Shown here: positions 7,451 to 14,962 of the stretch, piece by piece
How the letters are laid out: each line of letters opens with the position of its first letter
Numbering within the stretch: the first letter of the stretch is position 1
Assembly: GCA_043228905.1 (NCBI GenBank)
Contig: JBHGNT010000824.1
Location: 1 to 14,962, forward strand
DNA length: 14,962 bases
Reading direction: 5' to 3'
Source: Azolla caroliniana
Lineage: Eukaryota; Plantae; Polypodiophyta
Program-made: the position numbers and the translations under genes
Notes under the pieces: model-generated
What the model was told of the DNA's origin: nothing
The model's input: only the letters and a program-made list of their open reading frames with translations
Database searches by the model: none

Positions 7451-10400
7451 CTGTGAAGAAACATTCAGAGTTGGGCTTCTCCCATGTTTTCAAGCCAAAC
7501 AAATCCCCACACACATTTCTCGGTTGAGCAGAAAGTGCACCCTCAATTGCAATGTTCCATCAGTAAAAATCTTGAACATAAAGGGTCGTTTACCAATCCA
7601 TACTCAAATATGTAAAGCTGTTCCCCTTTGGATTAAATGTCTCCAAGGATGATAATAAAACCTCTTCTTTTTTCTCAGTATGTCTCTCCACATAGTTTAG
7701 ATACAATTCCATTTTGCTGTGCATGGCCTGTGGGACTTCTATATGAACAGTTTTTTAAATGAAAAAAATTGTCGGACATTTTTTGAGACTTTTATATTAA
7801 CATATTGAAACACAAAAAATATAATGGACATTCTACGAGACTTCTATATATATGAACACGTTCTCTTTTTACTTTATCGAAGAGACTTTGCTAGAAACGA
7901 ACCGAGTGTAAAGAGTCATACCTCGTAATCCCAATCTCCATACAGGTCTTCATCATCCATATTACCCCAAACATACACGTAGGATTGTACATGAAACCTC
8001 TCTTCAGTTGCGTGTGAGTTATATCCATTCTGTTTTGATTTCAAAATAACAAATCAGATACTCAAAAAATAGGCCCCTATTAAGAAAAAATATCTTTAGA
8101 AGGCCTCATGATATAATTGTAGCATTGTTTAAAACATCCGTCCTAGAATTTTATATACATGTATACATACGGAGTAAACTAATTGGGAAATTGATTATCC
8201 ATGCATGTAAATGCAATCCCTTAAGGAACTAGGACATGGGACAACATGTGTCAACCTAAGGAGTTCAACCACATAATGGAACTAGCTACCTTGTTTGATA
8301 TGCTACCTTAGAGAAGTTGAGACTCTACTAGTGTCTTCAAGACTACGGATCCAAAATATATGAGAGCTTTGCCACACCAACAAAGTCTCAATCTCTCTAA
8401 GATGTTGATTCAAAGAGAGTAGCTAGTCCCCTTTATACAATTGAAGTCCTTAGGCTCCCAGGTTGGCAGGTCCTGTCCACGTGCACTAGATCCTTAATGG
8501 GTTCTCAAGTCCTGGGATAAAAAGATCAAATTTTAATTCAATGAAGCTAAGTATGTTAATTTCACGAATACAACAAACATTGGTTCATTGAACCCTTGTA
8601 ATAATGAATAGAAAAATCAAAGTCTTGAATGTGCTCTACCCATCTACCTTTGGAACCAGCAAGGGCTTGTCAATCACAAAAATATTTTGAAGGCCAATAT
8701 TTCCACAACAAGGCCAATATGGTGAAACCCACCACTACTTTGTATATTACCTTCAAGAGATCACTATGATTGTCTCTACATGCTTGCTATATTTCCCAAG
8801 GCATCCTTATGTTAATTATTTTGAATTCTATTAGTTTTTTGAACCTAAGGAACCTCAAGGTCTCTCAATTGTATCCATTCCTGCTGTGTTTTCAACTCCT
8901 CTTGAGGTTTGCCACTTGTAATATAACTTATTACACGAAGAAAAGTGTACGTTTGGATACATATATATATATAGACATGTCAAAGCATATACACATTAAC
9001 ATGGATATATAATACATATTGTATATATGCTATTACATGTGCCAAAGAGCTCCTAAACAAACTCACAAAGCAAGTACTTAAATGGGTTGTGAAATGTTAT
9101 AATAAGATATCCAAGAACTAAAGAATGTACACGTGGCCAATACCATTACAATTGGTTCAACAACTTGTCGTGTGTATTCGGTGTCTTCAAAGTCATCCAA
9201 TACTTCCAATTCCTTATCAGTGATGCCGAAAAGGACCTGCAAAACAATGAACCATAAATATGTGTATATAACTCAAGAGTTTGAGTATGCAAAACATAGA
9301 AGATCTGCAAGACCAATTTTGAGCACATACAAATATATATAAGTTTCTCCAAGTTTTATATGCACAAACCTTCCCAGTTACTTTGTCCCCTTTCGCTGGT
9401 AGAATTGCTGGGTATGTACGTCGTTTTATACTGAATCTATGGCTGAAAATTATTCAAACTTTGGATGAGTTCCAAGCTTCCTTTCATAATTTCCCCTTTC
9501 ATAATTTCCTAAAGACTTTTAACATTAACTCTTGTTGGAAATAAGATCTACTCCCTCTGGAGCTCTAATGTGTATCCATTCAATCTATACACTTTGATTT
9601 GTACTTAATAAGAAAAGTAAAATAGAGTGCAATATTCCAATTCTTTCCTGATTTTAGCAACAAGCAAATGCATATTGTCTGTGTTATCATTTTTCCACAA
9701 TTTCCATGTACACAAAAACTCATTAAGCAATTATAGTTCAAAGAAACAAAACGGGAATTTAAACTAATGAGTACACAATGACATACAATCTTCACCTTTA
9801 TAGTCTTGTACTACTAAGAAGGCACGTGAAAAAGACCAATCTATTTGAGCTGTGAATTCCAGATCACTTACTTAATCATATCTGGATGAGCATTTTCAGG
9901 ATAATATTCTTTTGGTAGTATTTGCCACTATTGAAGAGTTGCAAAATCTTCAAAATCTTCTTGTGACAAATGAAGTTTTACAGCAGTTGATTGCTCTAAA
10001 TAGTGTGAGCCCACACTTTTACGTATAAGAATTGAGGTTTTCCAAAGGATGAGTTGTTTGTTGTTCGACTATCAATAGAAGACAAAGGTACGACTCCGGT
10101 GGAACCCAGATGAGTCGTGGTGAGAGATGTATCCATTTAAAACAATCAAGTGTCTCATTCATCTATCAATTGTATAAATGGACAAGAAATGGAGAGACTT
10201 ATTACACCCATCATACACATATGATCCATGTCTTTCATGTTCAACGGAAGCCCTTTTAAGGCTTTTTCGAATGAGCTGGATTCTGGACACCATAGAGAGA
10301 CCATGATGCCCCTTTGATATATTGGTTTGATTCTTAATTAATATTATTCTATATGTTTCCATCAAGTCATCAAGTTTATTAGTTGAACTCAATCCTAACA

Positions 10401-11099
10401 GTCACAAGCAAACGACCACTAACATCAAGTTATGCAGTTAGACCAGAGTAAATCTTAACAATCAGCATCACCATTGCAAATCATAATGCAAGAAGCATTA
10501 TGGAAAACATGATGATATCGTCAATAAAACAATTCAATTGATAAACTATATATTCAGTGAATTATGCAATTAAAACAACGTAACCCAAACCACCATTACC
10601 ACTGGGAATCACAGAGCAACAAGAATGCTGAGACATGATTGTTCAATGAAAAACATGAAATCCAAAGCGACATCCAACAATGATTGAAATAGAGAATAAA
10701 ACAAGCCATTGATTACATGTTAAGAAATTAATCACAAATACGGCAATTACGGCAATGAATTGGTAATGGAAAAACAGGCCCAAACCACGATTATATCTAA
10801 ACATAACAAGGTAAGACATGCCCAGACATGATGATATGAATTTGAATGGAACGTCCAGGTAGAGAGAAGTTAAAAAATTAAAAAATTAAAAAAAAATCAA
10901 ATAAAATACGAAAATAGAAAAAGCCCAATGTATATTGTACATGTATGATTACACTCAAACAGAAAATGGCCGCTTACAAGTCTGGCAAGATAGCAGGAGA
11001 CGACTTGGGAAGGCGTTTGAAGAGGATAGAGACCACTTCATCGGAGAGGAGGGACCCATACACAAAAACTGTGTGAGCTTCTGCCGATGAAGTGCCCAT
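7379..11099 (-). CDS. AIG2L: AIG2-like protein (gamma-glutamylcyclotransferase-like fold), complete 5-exon gene, 155 aa
   Basis: Manual splicing of five GT-AG-bounded exons (122+73+93+108+72 = 468 nt) gives MGTSSAEAHTVFVYGSLLSDEVVSILFKRLPKSSPAILPDFHRFSIKRRTYPAILPAKGDKVTGKVLFGITDKELEVLDDFEDTEYTRQVVEPIVMNGYNSHATEERFHVQSYVYVWGNMDDEDLYGDWDYEEWRKLHMEDFVSMCTTNASESID*. It contains the AIG2/GGCT motifs VFVYGSL, LDxFE (putative catalytic Glu) and YVW...LYGxWDxEEW. Confidence 0.95.
7922..8029 (-). CDS. AIG2L: AIG2-like exon 4
   Basis: Acceptor aaaacag (weak pyrimidine tract, so the 5' edge is slightly less certain); NGYNSHATEERFHVQSYVYVWGNMDDEDLYGDWDYE; donor GAG|GTATGA. Confidence 0.88.
8218..8501. 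mobile_element. Fold-back / MITE-like inverted repeat in AIG2-like intron 3
   Basis: Arm 8218-8334 aligns with the reverse complement of 8374-8501: cccttaagga/tccttaatggg, caacct/aggttg, ctaaggagttcaa/ttgaagtccttag, actagctac/gtagctagt, cttagaga/tctctaag, ttgagact/agtctcaa. Confidence 0.75.
8647..8801. mobile_element. Second, more degenerate fold-back / MITE-like element in intron 3
   Basis: Nested inverted blocks: cctttggaa/ttcccaagg, agcaag/cttgct, caatca/tgattg, ttgaagg/ccttcaa, aatat/atatt, ggtg/cacc. Confidence 0.6.
9144..9236 (-). CDS. AIG2L: AIG2-like exon 3
   Basis: Acceptor ttttgcag; VLFGITDKELEVLDDFEDTEYTRQVVEPIVM; donor ATG|GTATTG. Confidence 0.93.
9370..9442 (-). CDS. AIG2L: AIG2-like exon 2
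   Basis: Acceptor ttttcag; C then HRFSIKRRTYPAILPAKGDKVTGK; donor AAG|GTTTGT. Confidence 0.95.
10978..11099 (-). CDS. AIG2L: AIG2-like exon 1
   Basis: ATG at 11099; MGTSSAEAHTVFVYGSLLSDEVV...AILPD plus TT; donor GTAAGC at 10977 (phase 2). Confidence 0.95.
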
Positions 11100-11293
11100 G
11101 ATTCTGAGGAGCTGGACTTGTGAGCTCTTTGAGATTCCCGGGAGGGCTGTGTACTGCTGCTACCTGGTCTTTCAATCAGGTTTTAAACAGAAGCGCAACT
11201 TAAGGGAGAGAAATGAGCAAGAAAAAAGACAGCAAACGCCCTTCCTTTACCTTCCTCTCTGTTTCTCTGCCAATGAACCCAAGAGTTGTTGTT

Positions 11294-11346
11294 GATTGTT
11301 AGATTGTTAGATTGTTAGATTATTAGATTGTTAGATTGTTAGATTG
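11294..11346. repeat. 8-bp tandem repeat (GATTGTTA) x6.6
   Basis: Read directly; one unit is the variant GATTATTA. Confidence 0.95.
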
Positions 11347-11349
11347 AGG

Positions 11350-12254
11350 TGTTTGAGATATAGACACGTAAGAGTGTAACACGCTTCACGTTTTTTTACG
11401 CTCGATTATAATGAGGTTGCGATCGAATAAAAAAGACCACAAAACACACGCAATCACACAATAAAGATCGGTCGGACTCCATCGGATCATGCCTTTGGGT
11501 CTGGAAACGGACCGCGTTACAGCTCCCAGATTCTGGGGGAAACCCAGGATTTCTTTCGCGGCTAATCCTGAGCCAAATTCTGACTTCGCCTAAATGACTT
11601 TCGGACATCGACGCGAGATAGGACAATAAAGATGACACACGAGATTTAACGTGGGAAAACCCCCCTCAATGACGGAAACAACCACGGGGACAATGTCCGA
11701 AAACCGATCCACGGAGATACAACACAAATACAAAGCTCTACCTCTAGATACACACTGGAGATAAGTAGAGATGTGTGGCAAAATACTACCGACAAAGATG
11801 GTACCGTAATCCAAAGAAATGATGGCTAACTCACAAGCATATGAGTGAACGAGAAGAGAGAATAAAACATGGATAAGAAAGCCCACAAGTCGAAGTAGTA
11901 AGCGTGTCGATCTCACATTGAATAGTGGAGGTGGAAGGTAGATGAGTTGAGCACCAAGCTTCGCTATTTTTCATTCTCTCCTCTTCGCTATATATTTCTC
12001 CTTTCCACTCTCTCTTCTCTTTATACCGCTCAAAACAAAAAGGTCATTTTGTTTTGTTTTCTCTTTCTTTTCTTTTCTTCTTTTTCTTTACACACACTAA
12101 AATCGTAACTTACATTTACCCTTTTCAAGAAATAATGTAAAGGTAATAATTACTAAAGAAACAAAACGTTCATTTTGTTTTATATTACTACCTAATAATA
12201 ATAATAAATATCATTAAAAGAAAAAGAACAAAATAGTGATGGGACACATTAACA
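11350..12254 (-). mobile_element. Solo LTR (copia-type), 905 bp, with 5-bp target-site duplication TGAGG
   Basis: TGTT...AACA termini flanked by TGAGG at 11345-11349 and 12255-12259. Contains GAGATTTAACGTGGGAAAACCC...AACCACGGG (11641-11688), the reverse complement of a motif common in plant copia LTRs, and a minus-strand TATAAA at 12025-12020. No adjacent PBS or PPT. Confidence 0.88.
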
Positions 12255-12618
12255 TGAGGATGTCCAATAGTGGAATTGAGGACATCTAAAAACATCCATT
12301 GTAATGCAATCCCCTGTTTTTTTACATGTTTAGAGGAGGTATTTTGTACAAAGGGATGTTTCATCTTTTGTGTAATAATAGGCACAATTGTTCGTATGGG
12401 CCAGTTTTACAAGCAAACATTTTAATGGCTTAAGGGTAGGACAAATGGGGAACAAGTTATCGTAAGATTTGTGACACGTGGGAAAACGTCGCAACCTAAG
12501 AGCCCAATCAGTTTCAGATCTGTTCATCTCAACTTCCATTATATAGCGTAACGTAATATTTGGTGGTATAGGACGTTGATCACTCATTGCGTGTAGTTTG
12601 TATTTGATTCATGATATT

Positions 12619-12630
12619 TGTTATCAGAGC
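12619..12630 (+). other. Degenerate tRNA-iMet PBS-like motif, possible remnant of an older LTR element
   Basis: TGTTATCAGAGC, one mismatch to TGGTATCAGAGC. No partner LTR or coding motif recognised. Confidence 0.35.
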
Positions 12631-14010
12631 TTGGTACAAATGTTTGTTTGGTCTCATAAGTCATATTTGACTTTGGAAAACAATAATATAATCTATTTAT
12701 CTTTGTAGGTCATTAACTATTGTCAGTTGATCTAGGAAACCAAAGGAGAAGACGAACAAGTATTCTTTGTTTTTTCTATTTATGCTCTAACACATACATT
12801 AGGTTATGGCAATCGTTTTATATGAAATGCATTGACTTTGATGTTTTGAAACTTATAATGATATATTAAACATTTACCATTTCGAGAGTACATTTAATAT
12901 CTCATCATTAATATACATATTTACTTTTGCTCTCTATGTATTGATTAGTGCCTCTTTTTTCTCAAACATTAATATATGTAATATGGGCTAATTGAACATT
13001 TATGAATGTTTTATTTTATATTTATCAATTGTTGTACTTGGTCTTTACTGCCAATCAATCATTAATTGATTGCCATTTATATTTATTCGATCATGAATAG
13101 ATAATTAATTATCACCATTGATACTTTTGATTGATCTTACTCAGTGTTTGATCGATCAATAGCCCTCATTCTTTGATCATTAGCACAAGATGATTAGTCG
13201 CGCGAATGCACATATGTTCGTGCACATTTGTTGCTTTATAAAGAACTATGTAGAGCAAGAAAGTGTGTTCCCACACACACACAAATTCGAGGTAGTGGAG
13301 GATCTAGAATGTGTCCCCACTTACGTACGAATACAAGATCCTATTTAAGGGTTTAAAAGGTCAACACACTAATTAGATTCTATCTAGGTAACTACTAAGT
13401 TACGTGGTTAACTAAATGGCTAAACTTAGTTGAGATAGGCTAAACTTAGTTGAGCTTGATATCTCAACAACTTCAACCTAAGACCTATCAATAATATACC
13501 TATTGTTTACTTTGAAGCTATGAAATATTTGCAATTATTATTATAATGTTCATATAATAGTAATAAACAATCAAACACCATACAAAACCAACTTGATATA
13601 TATGTACACACACACAAAATCTATCAAAATTTTATAGGTGCTCAATGTGCATGTGAAACATGTGCATTTATACATATACCAAATTGTGCAATCGGCGTCT
13701 ATTACTACATGATCTTAAAAACCAAGATCATTAGTTCATGCTCAATGTAGACAACTCTATTTACTTATTTTTGCCAATCCAATGTCCAAGTAATTTTAAG
13801 GCGAATAAACATAGTTGAGCCTCAAAGATTTGCCATGCATTACTAAGATAGAGTTCGTGGACAAATGTTGAAGGGTTATTTATGTGCTACCACGATAACT
13901 TTTGATCTCAAACTCCATCTCATATATCTACAAGGGCTATTTATGTGAGATGTTTTCTTACATAATTCATGAGAGAATCTTCATGGCACTAAGCTAGTGA
14001 CCGCACCTTC

Positions 14011-14334
14011 AATGGGGGGTGTATGTAATGCCTCACCACCCTCCCCAACCAAGCATGAACAACACCATTCTTTCTTCTTTCTTCACCTCAACCCTAAACC
14101 CCAATACTAGGGTAAAAGAATATTCACAACATCAAGCAAGTGACCATACCTTTGATTGGTGTGTTTATAATGACCCAACGACCCTCCCAACCCTGTACAC
14201 AATTGTGATTTTATTTTCTTCAAAGATTTTCCTCATAAGTATTAAAAAAAACATGTGAATGCTACAACTTAAGCTTATGTGCCCAAAAGCTTACAATTTT
14301 CATGTACACAATTATGATTACGTGGGGCATTGCC
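14011..14334 (+). mobile_element. PPT-like tract plus a degenerate ~310-bp LTR (probably gypsy-like 3' LTR remnant)
   Basis: aatggggggtgta is followed by TGTAATGCCTCAC (14024-14036). The imperfect inverted end GTGGGGCATTGCC (14322-14334) resembles a decayed TGTAATGCCCC...GGGGCATTACA pair. Confidence 0.55.
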
Positions 14335-14364
14335 CTAATTCCCATGTTGACTAACAACCCTCAC

Positions 14365-14640
14365 ATGACAACTACATGTAGATTAATGTCAACCCATGGC
14401 ACAACTTCCAAAATAATGACACCTAAGTACACTGGAACTACACATGTCATGATGTAACTTAGGCATGCTCCAACTACACATGTCTCGATGGTGTCTACCC
14501 ATCCCATGTCTATATGTGCATTGACGACTATTCGCCCCACGATTAGACTCATGATGAAGACTACCTACGCCTTGACTACACTTGTGATGAAGTCTACCTG
14601 CATTACGGATACGAGCAGTGTTGATGATTGTCTACTTGTG
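14365..14640. repeat. Degenerate ~33-36 bp minisatellite-like tract
   Basis: aactacacatgtc at about 14436 and 14472; tgatgaag(a/t)ctacct at about 14552 and 14585; a further decayed tgatgattgtctact copy. Confidence 0.5.
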
Positions 14641-14962
14641 TTAATGATAAAACGTAACATGGGAGCTACCCATGAGGCAATGCTTGGCCATTTCATGCCT
14701 TCCAATGGAACCACTATGAGTGTGGCCACAAGCATGGTTATGAATGGAATGGCCATGAGAGTCAATTCTAATGAGAACTTATTTCTATCCATTTGTGTGT
14801 GTGTGGTCAAACATGTCAAAGGGAAAAAAATCTGAAAGAGAAAGTTGAGTGCAGCCCTTTTTTCTTTTACTATTGGAAATAATTGCTTCAGAAACTTGTG
14901 CCCTTAATGGAGGAAACATTGTAATTTGTAGTTGTTTCCTACAAAAGAGAAAATTGCTTGCT

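Noticed and set aside
9800-10330. Protein-like, stop-interrupted plus-strand frames in intron 1 (e.g. MDKKWRDLLHPSYTYDPCLSCSTEALLRLFRMSW)
   Set aside because: Could be an old retroelement fragment, but I recognise no diagnostic motif; BLASTX against TE proteins is needed.
7221-11295. ORFs 7221-7652, 8770-9012, 9133-9342, 9146-9352, 9580-9795, 10159-10392 and 11092-11295
   Set aside because: They are antisense to, out of frame with, or intronic to the AIG2-like gene, and have no recognisable motifs.
11396-11916. ORFs 11396-11638 and 11590-11916
   Set aside because: Both are inside the solo LTR; chance open frames.
13418-13454. 17-bp direct repeat ggctaaacttagttgag (also a 15-bp duplication at 9480-9509)
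   Set aside because: Ordinary short slippage or repair duplications with no further structure.
14361-14835. Overlapping ORFs 14361-14552, 14488-14835 and 14565-14819
   Set aside because: They arise in a degenerate minisatellite-like tract, with biased T/M/V composition and no family motif.

Overview
This is AT-rich land-plant nuclear DNA with spliceosomal introns, microsatellites and LTR retroelement debris, not a prokaryotic locus. Two host genes lie on the minus strand. (1) The large first coding exon (3478->2138) of a kinesin-6 (KIN6)-like motor gene, which continues off the left edge; its N-terminus is about 350 aa long and built partly from a degenerate ~24-aa repeat. (2) A complete five-exon AIG2-like / gamma-glutamylcyclotransferase-fold gene, join(11099..10978, 9442..9370, 9236..9144, 8029..7922, 7450..7379), 155 aa, which the ORF track misses. 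The kinesin intron holds a heavily deleted Ty1/copia element (LTR-PBS-gag-18 codons of RT-56 bp of 3' LTR). The kinesin upstream region is a ~127-bp tandem array carrying MSA-like and site II motifs next to a TTTGAA (CHR-like) array. A 905-bp copia-type solo LTR with a perfect TGAGG target-site duplication sits 250 bp upstream of the AIG2-like ATG, with its promoter pointing into the gene, beside an 8-bp tandem array of AACAATCT. AIG2-like intron 3 contains two fold-back (MITE-like) elements, and the right end holds older LTR remnants. I see no clear evidence for a wholly new multi-gene system. The best candidates for something undescribed are the repeat-built kinesin N-terminus and the repeat/TE-built promoters.
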